Origin: an uncultured Gammaproteobacteria bacterium
GTDB taxonomy: Bacteria; Pseudomonadota; Gammaproteobacteria; UBA9214
Length of the DNA stretch: 64,000 nucleotides
Assembly (NCBI GenBank): GCA_963753755.1
Contig: CAVWDM010000005.1
Coordinates: 138,559 to 202,558, forward strand
Direction: 5' to 3'
The notes under the pieces are model-generated. The model searched no databases, was not told the origin of the DNA, and saw only the letters and a list, made by a program, of their open reading frames with translations. A program made the position numbers and the translations under genes. Positions within the stretch are counted from its first letter, which is position 1, and each line of letters opens with the position of its first letter. Positions 21,686 to 32,016 of the stretch are shown here, piece after piece.

Positions 21686-23116
21686 ATGAATCCAATGGAT
21701 AAGAAAAAGTGGTTATGGGGCCTCGGTTTTCTCTGTCTCGTATTTCAGTCGGTGGCCATGGCTGCCCTCAGCAACCAGACACTTCCGATCAAGGAACTAT
21801 CGGAGGAAAGCAAGGAATGTATGAGCTGTCATCAGAAGTACAATCCCGGCATCACGCAGGAGTGGGGCAGGAGCAAGCACTATGGTGCCAACGTCGGCTG
21901 CTACGAATGTCACGCCGCTGAAAAAGGTGATGTGGATGCCTACATACATGATGACAAAAAGGTCAAGAAATCGATTTCCATCCTGGTGACACCAAAGGAC
22001 TGCGGCGTCTGCCACGAAAAGGCTGCGAAGGAAATGACCAGTTCCCGTCATGCCAAGGCTGGACATATCCTGGATTCACTGGATAACCTCCTCGCTGAAG
22101 TCGTCGAGGGTAATAACGCCATGATCACCCCCGGATTCCCGGGTGGCAACTCGGCCGCCGCGGTCAATGGCTGCTGGCAATGTCATGGTTCAAAGGTCAA
22201 GGTGCTGGAAGACGGTCAGCTGGATCCGGCCACCTACCCAAATACCGGTATCGGACGTATCAACCCGGACGGGTCTGAAGGCTCATGCTCGGCCTGCCAC
22301 AGTCGCCATCAATTCTCCACTGCACTGGCGCGCGAACCCGATAACTGCGGCAAGTGTCACCTCGGTCCTGATCATCCGCAGAAGGAGATCTACGAGGAAT
22401 CCAAGCACGGAATTGCCTTCAAGGCTTACAGGGACGAGATGAACCTGGACAGTTCCAAGTGGGTCGTCGGCGTGGATTACACGGCCGCACCTACCTGTGC
22501 GACCTGCCACATGGGCGCCACCAGGAAACAGCCGTCCAGCCACAATGTCGGTGATCGCATCAGCTGGACGAACCGTCCGCCGATATCGGTACGCCCCGAG
22601 GTGATGGATGCCAAGATGGGCCTGGAAAGTGCCAACCTCAAATGGGACACGCGTCGGGCAAACATGAAGGACGTGTGTAATGCGTGTCACAGCGAGGATC
22701 ATACGGAGGACTTCTACGTCCAGTACGATGCGCTGATCGAACTCTACAACGAGAAATTCGCCAAGCCCGGCAAGGCACTCATGGAGACAGCCAAGCCTCT
22801 GCTGAAACCGGCCAAGTTCAGCAACAAGGTTGACTGGACCTGGTTCGAACTCTGGCATCACGAGGGTCGCCGTGCGCGCATGGCTGCTTCCATGCAGGCA
22901 CCGGATTACACCCACTGGCATGGTACCTATGACCTGGCCAAGCACTTCTATACCAAGATGGTTCCGGAGCTGGAGGACCTGGTCAACGAGAACCTTGATT
23001 CCAAGGATCCAGTTAAGGCCAAGGCGGCCAAGGATCTGCAGGCCCAGATGATCGAGCTCTTTAACACCGATAACCACAAGTGGTATATCGGCAAGCGGGA
23101 CAAGGCAAAGAAATAG
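21686..23116 (+). CDS. octahaem c-type cytochrome, HAO/Otr (hydroxylamine oxidoreductase / octahaem tetrathionate reductase) family
   Basis: Signal peptide and eight CxxCH motifs (CMSCH, CYECH, CGVCH, CWQCH, CSACH, CGKCH, CATCH, CNACH) in 476 aa. Confidence 0.7.
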   Translation: MNPMDKKKWLWGLGFLCLVFQSVAMAALSNQTLPIKELSEESKECMSCHQKYNPGITQEWGRSKHYGANVGCYECHAAEKGDVDAYIHDDKKVKKSISILVTPKDCGVCHEKAAKEMTSSRHAKAGHILDSLDNLLAEVVEGNNAMITPGFPGGNSAAAVNGCWQCHGSKVKVLEDGQLDPATYPNTGIGRINPDGSEGSCSACHSRHQFSTALAREPDNCGKCHLGPDHPQKEIYEESKHGIAFKAYRDEMNLDSSKWVVGVDYTAAPTCATCHMGATRKQPSSHNVGDRISWTNRPPISVRPEVMDAKMGLESANLKWDTRRANMKDVCNACHSEDHTEDFYVQYDALIELYNEKFAKPGKALMETAKPLLKPAKFSNKVDWTWFELWHHEGRRARMAASMQAPDYTHWHGTYDLAKHFYTKMVPELEDLVNENLDSKDPVKAKAAKDLQAQMIELFNTDNHKWYIGKRDKAKK

Positions 23117-23160
23117 TTCTGCGCCAGTCGATTGATGTTGTAATGCGGAACTGACGTACG

Positions 23161-23200
23161 GTCACTCCCCCCGCATCCTGCGGGGGAGTGACTGGATCGT
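23161..23200 (+). terminator. Rho-independent terminator after the octahaem cytochrome gene
   Basis: ~14-bp near-perfect stem GTCACTCCCCCCGCA-TCC-TGCGGGGGAGTGAC followed by a T-rich stretch. Confidence 0.6.
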
Positions 23201-23283
23201 TTACTCTTCTGACTTTTTCACTTGTGGCTTTTCCTGCATGAATAGATTGCGTTATTGAGCTATTCGGACAAGTCACCAGAGCA

Positions 23284-23832
23284 ATGATTCAAGAGAGGCA
23301 CAGGTTGCTGATGAATAAATTCCTGTACGTTGTATTGATGTGTTGTCTGATTGTCGCCCCGGCCGGAGCGGCGGATGTCGAGAGCCTGGTCGAGTCGGGT
23401 AATCAATACTGGTCTGAAGGCAAGCTGGAGCTGGCGGAGTCGACCTTCAGGGAAGCGATCAAGAGTGATCCCGATGCCGCATTGCCACATGCGCGTCTTG
23501 CCGGGCTGCTGCTGAGTCAGCACCGCAACGAGGAGGCGCGCGCTGAATACCAGAATGCCATCATGAACGACCCGGAAGATCCCAACCTGTTTCTGGCACT
23601 GGCCATCGTCTACCTGCATGAAAAAGCCTACAGCAATGCCCAGGCCATGGTTGATATGGTCCTTGAACTTGAACCGGACAGTGAAAATGCATTAAAGCTG
23701 CAGCAATATGTTACCTCAAGGATGGACACGCTGGATGCCACTGCAGGCGACGGTGCTGATGTTCCGGTTGCCATACCGCAGGACGCGATTCACGGCAGCG
23801 CAGGTGATAATGCAATGGAAGGCGCGCACTGA
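23284..23832 (+). CDS. secreted TPR-repeat protein
   Basis: Signal peptide (MNKFLYVVLMCCLIVAPAGAAD) and tetratricopeptide-like repeats. Confidence 0.55.
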   Translation: MIQERHRLLMNKFLYVVLMCCLIVAPAGAADVESLVESGNQYWSEGKLELAESTFREAIKSDPDAALPHARLAGLLLSQHRNEEARAEYQNAIMNDPEDPNLFLALAIVYLHEKAYSNAQAMVDMVLELEPDSENALKLQQYVTSRMDTLDATAGDGADVPVAIPQDAIHGSAGDNAMEGAH

Positions 23833-23940
23833 TCGAGACAGTTCCCTGAAGATCCAGCCGCCGCTTCATCGGTTTGCGTAGGGGCGAGGTCCTGCCGTCT
23901 TGCTGCCCCGGGCCATGGGTAAACAGTTGTTAAACTGAAT

Positions 23941-24306
23941 TCATGTAATGAAGTTTCCTGGGAACAACAGGCGACTCGGGTAACCGGGTTGCAGCAGGAA
24001 ACCCTCGACATAATGGGCATAGTCCTCGCGTACACCACGTACCAGGATAATCCAGGAAATGTAGACACCCGGGAGTAGCAACACCAGTATCAGCGGTAAA
24101 TAAGTGACCTTCAATGACCACGCTGCCACCGGCAGCAGGTACAGGGGCCAGCTGAACAATGTGCCGCGCAGTCCGTGTTTCAGGCCGAGTACCACGCGTG
24201 CGATGTGTCGACGCAGACGCTGCGTGCGCGAATTGTAGACACTCAGGAACACCCCGCGCTCGAAGTCATTGTGTATATCCGAGAGGCGTTTCGATGATTG
24301 CTGCAT
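23941..24306 (-). CDS. small membrane-flanked (bacterial PH-like) domain protein
   Basis: ATG 10 nt after the stop of the FeS-membrane-anchor gene; ~120 aa with two TM segments. The listed ORF has an N-terminal extension that overlaps the upstream gene. Confidence 0.4.
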   Translation of the reverse strand: MQQSSKRLSDIHNDFERGVFLSVYNSRTQRLRRHIARVVLGLKHGLRGTLFSWPLYLLPVAAWSLKVTYLPLILVLLLPGVYISWIILVRGVREDYAHYVEGFLLQPGYPSRLLFPGNFIT

Positions 24307-24316
24307 GATCTTCAGG

Positions 24317-26158
24317 TCAGTGGCAATCCGGTAATACACCCACCTGCGGCATGTTGGCGAGGCCGGTCTCGCGGGCATGTTCTTCAAAACCCCTGTTACG
24401 CCAGAAAAAGGCACCGGGCAGGGTGGTTGGAATGACCAGGGCGTAAAACAGGGCGCGGCCAATCAGTGCGCTGCCGACAATACTGATTGCAGTGACTAGC
24501 CACATGAACAGCGCGGTGTTGCCGTCGGGGTTTAGCAGGCTGATTAGCCCCAGCATCAGCATGGACAGTCCAATACCGGTGTTGCGCAGCAGGTAGGTGT
24601 TTCCGAATTTCGTTCTTTGATCATAGTGCGAGGCCGCGCCTTCACCGCCACCACACCGCAGGTCGCGCGCATGGTAGTACAAACCAACGGCTTCCAGCGC
24701 CAGGCCGCACAGCATAAGCCCGGCCAACCCATGCACGGTGCTTGACCAGGGCAGACCCTGCAACAGTTGAGCGGCCATGTATACCAGCACCACCAGCAGT
24801 GGCCCCAGTGCCAGCATGCTGCCATAGAATGAGGTCAGTACCTGCCAGTGGTTCCAGTAGGGCCGGGCGGGTATGCGGTAGATGCTGTGCATGAAATACA
24901 GTGCCGCGATCCCCGCGATGACCGCACCCCAGCCGCATAGCTGTGCCAGCGCGTTGCTCAACCCGGCTGGCAGCCATGTAAACAGCATGGGCAGGCCGCT
25001 TAACAGCGTATAGGCACCGAGGAAGTTGTAGAACACGGCGATGCCGGCGACCTCGCGGCTCACCGGTGAATGACGCAGATTATTAAATGCACGGTAGAAA
25101 CGATGCGGGCGACCCAGGTGCAGGGTCGACATCACCAGTGCCAGTGTCTGTATGCTGATTAATCCAAACAGCAATAACGGCCGGGCGACCGGGTGGTTGG
25201 CCATGCTCAGCATTTCAACGCCCACTAGTGGGCCGATAAACAGAGTAATAAAGGCACCAATGACCGCCTGTGAAACCAGTGTGAAGATCACCAGCGGGTC
25301 TTCGCGGGTACGCAGTTTTATCAGGTTCCATGCACGGCCGGCTCCTGATTCGTCGACCTTGGGTTTGTAGGCGCCGCCCGGTCGCTGTTCGTCACGTTCG
25401 TAGCGCAGGGGCATGCTGTCGGTGCGTTTCATTTCACGAGGCAGACTGCGGGTTTGCTGAAAACGGATATTCGGATGGGTGATCTCCGGCGTTGGAAACC
25501 CCGGTATCTGTGTTTCCAGTTGATCGCGGTTCTCCGGCGTGGTCTCGATGATGCCGAAGTCCAGTGCACCGGCGAGGCAGGCCGATGCGCAGGCCGGTTT
25601 CAGGCCGACCTCGAGCCGGTCAACGCACATGTTGCACTTCGACACGTGACCGGCGGCGCTGTCCAGTTGTGGTGCATTGTAGGGGCACACCCAGGTGCAG
25701 TAGCCGCAACCGAAACAGATATCCGGATCCTGCAGTACGGCGCCGTACTCGGCGAACTTGGTGTAGGCCCGTGTCGGGCAGCCCTTCAGGCACACCGGGT
25801 CGTCGCAATGGTTGCAGGCCATGGAGATATTCATGCGCTGGTAAGCGGGGTAGGAACCCCCTTCCACGTAGCCGACGGCACGGAAGGCAATATGCGCCGG
25901 CAGGTCGTTCTTCTCGGAACAGGCCGCCTCGCAGGCATGGCAGGCAATGCAGTTGTCGGCATTGAAATAAAAACCGTGCTGCTTGTAGCGGTTCGGGTTG
26001 TCCGACACGCTACTGTCGCCGTTGATGTTCAGTGACTGGCCGCGTAGCGGGTCACCTGGCGGTACGGTTTCGGTGGATCTGCCGTAGCGATTGGTCTGCG
26101 GTGCTTCCACGTCAGGCACAAAGGCGTAGGCGGGTTCCTTGGGACGTGCTTCAAACAT
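24317..26158 (-). CDS. fusion of a DmsB-like 4x[4Fe-4S] ferredoxin subunit with a DmsC/NrfD-like integral membrane anchor
   Basis: N-terminal half has four ferredoxin Cys clusters (CIACHACEAAC, CNHCDDPVCLKGCP, CFGCGYCTWVCP, CNMCVDR...CASAC). C-terminal half has ~8 TM helices typical of DMSO-reductase anchor subunits. It lies directly downstream of the molybdoenzyme gene. Confidence 0.7.
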   Translation of the reverse strand: MFEARPKEPAYAFVPDVEAPQTNRYGRSTETVPPGDPLRGQSLNINGDSSVSDNPNRYKQHGFYFNADNCIACHACEAACSEKNDLPAHIAFRAVGYVEGGSYPAYQRMNISMACNHCDDPVCLKGCPTRAYTKFAEYGAVLQDPDICFGCGYCTWVCPYNAPQLDSAAGHVSKCNMCVDRLEVGLKPACASACLAGALDFGIIETTPENRDQLETQIPGFPTPEITHPNIRFQQTRSLPREMKRTDSMPLRYERDEQRPGGAYKPKVDESGAGRAWNLIKLRTREDPLVIFTLVSQAVIGAFITLFIGPLVGVEMLSMANHPVARPLLLFGLISIQTLALVMSTLHLGRPHRFYRAFNNLRHSPVSREVAGIAVFYNFLGAYTLLSGLPMLFTWLPAGLSNALAQLCGWGAVIAGIAALYFMHSIYRIPARPYWNHWQVLTSFYGSMLALGPLLVVLVYMAAQLLQGLPWSSTVHGLAGLMLCGLALEAVGLYYHARDLRCGGGEGAASHYDQRTKFGNTYLLRNTGIGLSMLMLGLISLLNPDGNTALFMWLVTAISIVGSALIGRALFYALVIPTTLPGAFFWRNRGFEEHARETGLANMPQVGVLPDCH

Positions 26159-26267
26159 GACGGCTAATTTCTGTTAAATATCCGCAGCAGCGCAACGCAT
26201 GCGCGATTGCACGGCAACAATAAACGCGCTTGCGATGGGCTGCTGTATGTGGGTGTATAAATCTTCA

Positions 26268-28481
26268 TCAGAACGCCCGGGCAGCCAGATTGCGCACGGC
26301 GGCGGCTTCCTGGTCGGCGATCGGTTCGACGCGAACGGCACATTGCTTGTAGGCCGGCTGGCGCGAATGCGGATCGAGCAGGCCGAGCGACAGGCGATTC
26401 ACACACTCATGGTAATGAAACGGGATAAATACCATGTCGCGCGAGACGCGCTGTGTGCACTGCACCATCACCACGGCATCACCGCGGCGCGAGGTCAGGC
26501 GGGCATAAGAGCCATGCTCGATGCCGAGTTCGCTCGCTGCATCCGGGTTCATCTCCATGTAAGGGGTGGGGCTGAATTTGTTGCCGTTACCGATCTTGCC
26601 GGTACGGGTGCGGGTATGAAAGTGTTCCACCACGCGACCGGAGTTCAGCCAGAACGGGTATTCCTCGTCGGGGTGTTCGTTGTTGTCAATAAATGGCAGT
26701 GCGATCAGTTTTGCCTGGCCGCTGGCAAACTGGAATTTTCCATCGGTGTACAGGCGCTGCGATCCCCCGGGTGCCGTGTCCTCGTTACAGGGCCACTGGA
26801 TGCCGCGACTGGCCTCGATCTTGTCGTAACTCATGCCCGAGTAATCCAGCAGGCGGCCCTTTGACAGCGTTTTCAGTTCCTCGAACACGCCTTCGGCCGT
26901 TTCAGGGAAATTGATCTTGCGGCCCTGTTCGAAGCGACGGGCAACCTGGTTGAAGATCCATAAATCGGTTTTCGAATTACCGTACGGTGCACAGACATTG
27001 CGTATCAGGTTGACGCGTCGCTCGGTGTTGGTGAAGCAGCCTTCCTTTTCGGCCCATATGGCTGCGGGCAGGAACACGTGGCTGTACTCGTTGGTCTCGA
27101 CATCGCGGTAGGCGTCCTGTACTACCAGGAACTCCAGTTTTTCCAGCGTCTTGCGGATGCGTGCCGTATTGGCCATGGAGGTCATCGGGTTGGTGGCGAT
27201 CAGCCACAGTCCCTTGATCTGGCCGGATTCGATCGCGGGCAGGATGTCGGTCATGAACAGGCCGCGCTTTTCCGGGAAAAATCGCCTCATCGACGCCCCA
27301 GAACGCCGCGATGTCCTTGCGGTCCTGCGCGTTTTCCAGTGCGCGGTAACCCGGCAGACCGGAGCAGGATGACCATTCACGTGTGCCCATGGCATTGCAC
27401 TGTCCGGTGATGGACAGGCTGGAGCCGCCGGGCTTGCCGATGTTGCCGGTGATCAGGTTGAGGTTGTTGATGGCGACCACGCCGTCGGAGCCGTGCGTGC
27501 TCTGGTTGATGCCCATGGTCCAGATGGTCATGGCGGTGCCGGCCTGGCCATAGACGCGTGCGACATTGCGAATGGTGTCTTCATCGATGCCGCAGATCCT
27601 TGATGCCGTGACCGGGTCGTATTGTTCGACCAGTTGTGCGAATTCCTCAAAGCCCTCGGTATGCGCCTTGATATAGCTGTCATCCTGCAGGCCTTCCTCG
27701 AGGATGACATGTGCCAGGGCATTCAGTAGCACCAGGTCGGTGCCCGGTGCGACCGGCAGATGTATGTCGGCATTCTGTGCAAACATCGTGACACGTGGGT
27801 CCACCACGATCAGCGGGAATTTGCGTTGTTCACGCATCTGCTGCAGGCGCCAGTAGATAATCGGGTGCTGCTCGGGCAGGTTGGAACCAAACGCCAGCAG
27901 GCAATCGGTGTGCTCGAAGTCATCATAGCAGCCGGGTGGTCCGTCGGAGCCAAAGGAGCGCTTGTAGCCGGAAACTGCCGACGACATGCACAGCGTGGTG
28001 TTGCCATCGTAGTTGTTGGTGCCGATCACGCCACGGGCCAGCTTGCCGAGGGTATAGAATTCCTCGGTCATGATCTGTCCGGTGGAGACAATCGAAAGGC
28101 ATCGCGTCCGTAGGTTTCCTGGATACGCTTGATCTCGCCGCTGGTCCTGTCCAGTGCCGTATTCCAGCTGGTGGGTATGAAATCCTCCCAGCGGTTGTTG
28201 CGCATCAGCGGTTGTTCACCGCGCCCGGCCGTCTTGCGGAACAGCTCGTGTTCAAACATGCCCTTGATGCAGAGTTTGCCGCGATTGACATCGGCATCGG
28301 CGACGCCCCGCGAGGCCACCGGTGCATTGTCGGCGTTCAGGCCGACTTCTATGGAACAGCCGGTTGAGCAGTAACCACAGGTCGCGTAGCGCCATTCCCT
28401 GACGTCCTTGTCAGCAATCCTGATGGGGTTCTTTTTTTTTCGTCCGAACAGCATGACCAGGTTCCGTATTTTGAACAACAA
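26268..28481 (-). pseudogene. nasA: cytoplasmic Nas/NarB-type molybdopterin oxidoreductase (assimilatory nitrate reductase-like catalytic subunit), split into three ORFs by two frameshifts
   Basis: ORFs 28068..28481 (N-terminal CGYCSTGCS FeS domain, no Tat signal), 26977..28071 (MTEEFYTLGKLARGVIGTNNYDGNTTLCMSSAV..., Nap/Nas/Fdh-type) and 26268..27395 (C-terminal MGD-binding domain). They lie in frames 2/0/2, so there are two frame changes, near 28100 and 27300. The 5' end contains an A9 tract encoding KKK. Confidence 0.75.
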
Positions 28482-28561
28482 ATCGCGGACGCGTTCCGCT
28501 CCTGCAGGTGCATCGGTTTATACAGGAGCGCATCGCATGCGCGTTATGTTGGTAAATAAAA

Positions 28562-28891
28562 TTATGCAGCAGCCTCGTTGCTCGACAGGGCCAGGAATAC
28601 CCGGCCGTTCTCGACGCGGGTGGCGTAGGTGTTGGTGCATCCCTCGTCCGGGCCAAGTGCCTCGCCACTGGCGAGATCGATCTTCCAGTTATGCAGCGGG
28701 CAGGTCACGGAGGTGCCGTGCACGATGCCCTGCGACAGCGGGCCCTTCTGATGCGGGCATTCATCCTTGATGGCGAATACCTCGTCGCCAGAAGTGCGAA
28801 ACAGGGCAATGTTGACAGTGTCTGTTTTCAGTACCCGTGCACCCAGCCTCGGGATGTCCTCCAGTTTTGCAATTTCAGTCCAGTCGTTCAT
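28562..28891 (-). CDS. nirD: nitrite reductase small subunit NirD (Rieske-type)
   Basis: 109 aa with the Rieske motif CPH...CPLH (ECPHQKG...CPLHNW). Confidence 0.85.
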   Translation of the reverse strand: MNDWTEIAKLEDIPRLGARVLKTDTVNIALFRTSGDEVFAIKDECPHQKGPLSQGIVHGTSVTCPLHNWKIDLASGEALGPDEGCTNTYATRVENGRVFLALSSNEAAA

Positions 28892-29157
28892 TGGTTATAC
28901 CCCGGGTAAATATCTGTCGCAGACGACGCAGAGAACACGGCGATTATGAGTGCAGGTTCTTTTTCGGCCGGCGGGTAAACCCGGGTTGCCCGGTTTCCGA
29001 AAAACGCTGGATAGCCGCCATCGCGGTGATGACGTGTTGTGCAGAATCCGGGTGCCCGGATGTCATGAAGTCGTATTCCTGCAAGCGCAGTTGCAGTTGC
29101 TCATCGTATTCTTTATCCATCGTTATTACCTCTGTGTTGTCTGTGGCGTAAACTCGT

Positions 29158-31592
29158 TTATGCAATCTTGAGTGGTGTGAATTCATGTGCCTCGCTGCCC
29201 TCGGCGCGCGCTTTCCACGGATCGATCTGAGCGAACTGCTGTGAATACAGGAAACGTTCATGCAGGGCCTTGCGATTGGCCTCGTTGTTGAGGATCTTTT
29301 CCTTTACATGGCTCAGGCCAACGCGTTCCACCCAGGGTGCCGTGCGTTCCAGGTAGTGTGCTTCCTCACGATACAGCTGGATGAAGGCGCCGCAGTATTC
29401 CAGCACCTGTTCCTCGGTATCGACCTTGGTCAACAGGTCGGTGACACGGACCTTGATGCCGCCATTGCCACCGATGTGCAGTTCGTAGCCGGAATCCACA
29501 CACACCACGCCAAAGTCCTTGATGGTGGCCTCGGCACAGTTGCGCGGGCAGCCGGAGACGGCCAGCTTGAACTTGTGCGGCATCCATGAGCCCCAGGTGA
29601 GTTCTTCAAGCTGTACGCCGAGACCGGTCGAGTTCTGGGTGCCGAAACGGCACCAGGTCTTGCCGGCACAGGTCTTCACGGTGCGCATGGCCTTGCCGTA
29701 GGCATGACCGGAGACAAAGCCGGCCGTGGACAGGTCATTCCACATGAACGGCAGGTCTTCCTTCCTGACGCCGAACAGGTCGATGCGTTGACCGCCGGTT
29801 ACTTTCATCTCCGGCACATTGAACTTGTCGCAGACATCGGCAATGGCGCGCAGTTCGTCCGGCTTGACCAGGCCGCCGAACATGCGCGGAACCACGGAGT
29901 AGGTGCCGTCTTTCTGGATGTTGCCGTGCGCGCGTTCGTTGATGAAGCGTGACTGCGCATCATCCTGGTATTCGTCCGGCCAGTGGGCACAGCAGGTAGT
30001 AATTCAATGCCGGCCGGCAGGCGGCACAACCGTCGGGCGATTTCCATTCGAAGAATTCGCGCACCGCCGGCATGGACTTCAGTCCTGTTTCTTGATCCCG
30101 GCGATCACCTCGTCATGGCTGTACTCGGTGCACTTGCACATCGGTTTTTTATTCGGCGAGGCGTCATAGCCTTCACCCACGGTGCTGGCCAGCAGTGCCT
30201 CGACCAGCCCGGTGCAGGAACCGCAGGAACTGGAGGCCTTGGTATGGGCACGCACATCTTCCAGTGTAAACAGGCCGTTCTTTGGCGATGGCATTGACGA
30301 TGTCGCCCTTGCAAACACCGTTACAACCGCAGATCTCGGCCTCGTCGGAGAGCGGCATGACGCGTGTCTCGTCGCCATGACCGGCATCGCCGAGGTCATG
30401 CTGGCCGAACAGGATGGTCTTGCGAAAATCGGCAACGCTGCTGCCTTCGCGCATCAACTGGAAGTACCAGGTGCCGTCGATGGTATCGCCGTAGAGCACC
30501 GCACCCTTGATGCGGTTGTCCTTGATGACCAGCTTCTTGTAGGTGCCCGCGGCCGGGTCCTGCAGGCTGATGACCTCATCGCCTTCCGCTTCGTTGAAAT
30601 CACCGGCGGAGAACAGGTCAATGCCGGTGACCTTCAGCTTGGTGGAGGTCACCGAGCCCTTGTAGCTGGCATAGCCGAGGTCGGCGAGCTGATTGGCAGC
30701 CACCTTGGCCTGTTCGAACAGCGGCGCCACCAGCCCGTAGGCAATGCCGCGGTGCTGTGCACACTCACCCACGGCGTAGATGGCCGGGTCAAAGGTCTGC
30801 ATGGCGTCATTGACGACGATGCCGCGTTCGCAGTGCAGCCCGGCCTCTTTGGCAAGTCGTGCAATTCGGCAGGATACCGACACCCATAACCACGAGGTCG
30901 GCCTCGACGACACTGCCATCCTTGAAGCGCACGCCCTGCACGCGGCCGTTACCGATTATTTCCTCGGTGGCTGCCTCCATCAGGAAGTTCATGCCGCGCT
31001 GTTCCAGCGAGGCCTTCAGCAGGGCCGATGCCGGCTTGTCGAGCTGGCGTTCCATGAGGCTGTCCAGAAGGTGTACGACCGTGACATCCATGCCCTGTTT
31101 CATCAGGCCGTTGGCGGCTTCCAGTCCCAGCAGACCGCCGCCGATGACAACCGCCTTTTGGTAATCCTTTGCTGCCTGCAGCATGGTGTCGACATCGTGA
31201 ATATCGCGGAAGGCGATGACGCCATCCTTGTCCTTGCCCGGCACCGGAATCATGAACGGGTTGGAGCCGGTGGCCAGCAACAGGCGGTCGTACTCGGCCG
31301 TGGTGCCGTCATCGGCAATGACCTTCTTGTTCAGGCGATCAATGTCGGTCACTGATTTGCCTTTATGGAGGGTAATGCCATTGTCGCTGTACCACTGTTC
31401 GTCATTGAGCATGATGTCATCGACGGTCTTCTCACCAGCGAGTACCGGTGACAGCATGATGCGGTTGTAGTTACCGTAGGGCTCGGCGCCGAACACTGTG
31501 ATGTCGTATTTATCCGGAGCGATTTTCAGCAACTCTTCCAGGGTGCGTACCCCGGCCATGCCGTTGCCTACCAGTACCAGTTTTTCTTTCAT
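29158..31592 (-). pseudogene. nirB: NAD(P)H-nitrite reductase large subunit NirB, broken by at least three frameshifts
   Basis: N-terminal FAD/NAD domain (MKEKLVLVGNGMAGVRTLEEL...) in ORF 30807..31592; middle in 30173..30919 and 30079..30435; C-terminal sirohaem/FeS domain in 29158..29895. The pieces lie in three different frames across a ~2.4-kb span that matches an ~810-aa NirB. Confidence 0.8.
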
Positions 31593-31796
31593 GGGGTTGA
31601 TGCACCTGCTTACTTAAGTGATGCTGTTCCTCTAGCAAGGTTTGTACCAGCAGGGCAGGAGATCAGGGTGCATGTTATTAACTCGCTGATTTAGATAGTC
31701 AGTTTTGGTGCGCTTCTGCCGGGCTCCAGGACGGCGACTGCACAGGTCCGATGATGTTGTGCACTAGGATGGCGCAGCGGTACGCAGGTCGCACCT

Positions 31797-31816
31797 TATA
31801 TAACCCTATATAACCC
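31797..31816. repeat. perfect tandem duplication TATATAACCC x2 in the nirB-nasT divergent intergenic region
   Basis: Two adjacent 10-bp copies in a region that is otherwise >60% GC. Confidence 0.6.
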
Positions 31817-32016
31817 TGGTTTTCATGATGGGCCATGCAGCTCTGTTGTTGTGTGGACATGACGCCTGCCACACCGCCGGGCACCTGCTTGATGCATGCG
31901 CCACGCGCATGCGTCATCCTGGCGCACGGCGCGAGGTGACAGCGGCAGGGGTGATGCCTCTCAACGGTTGCAATGGACTGATTTAATTAATAAACCCCGA
32001 AGTAGCGAGTGCTGGC

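Noticed and set aside
22283-23077. Minus-strand 264-aa ORF
   Set aside because: Antisense to the octahaem cytochrome gene (eight CxxCH in the plus frame).
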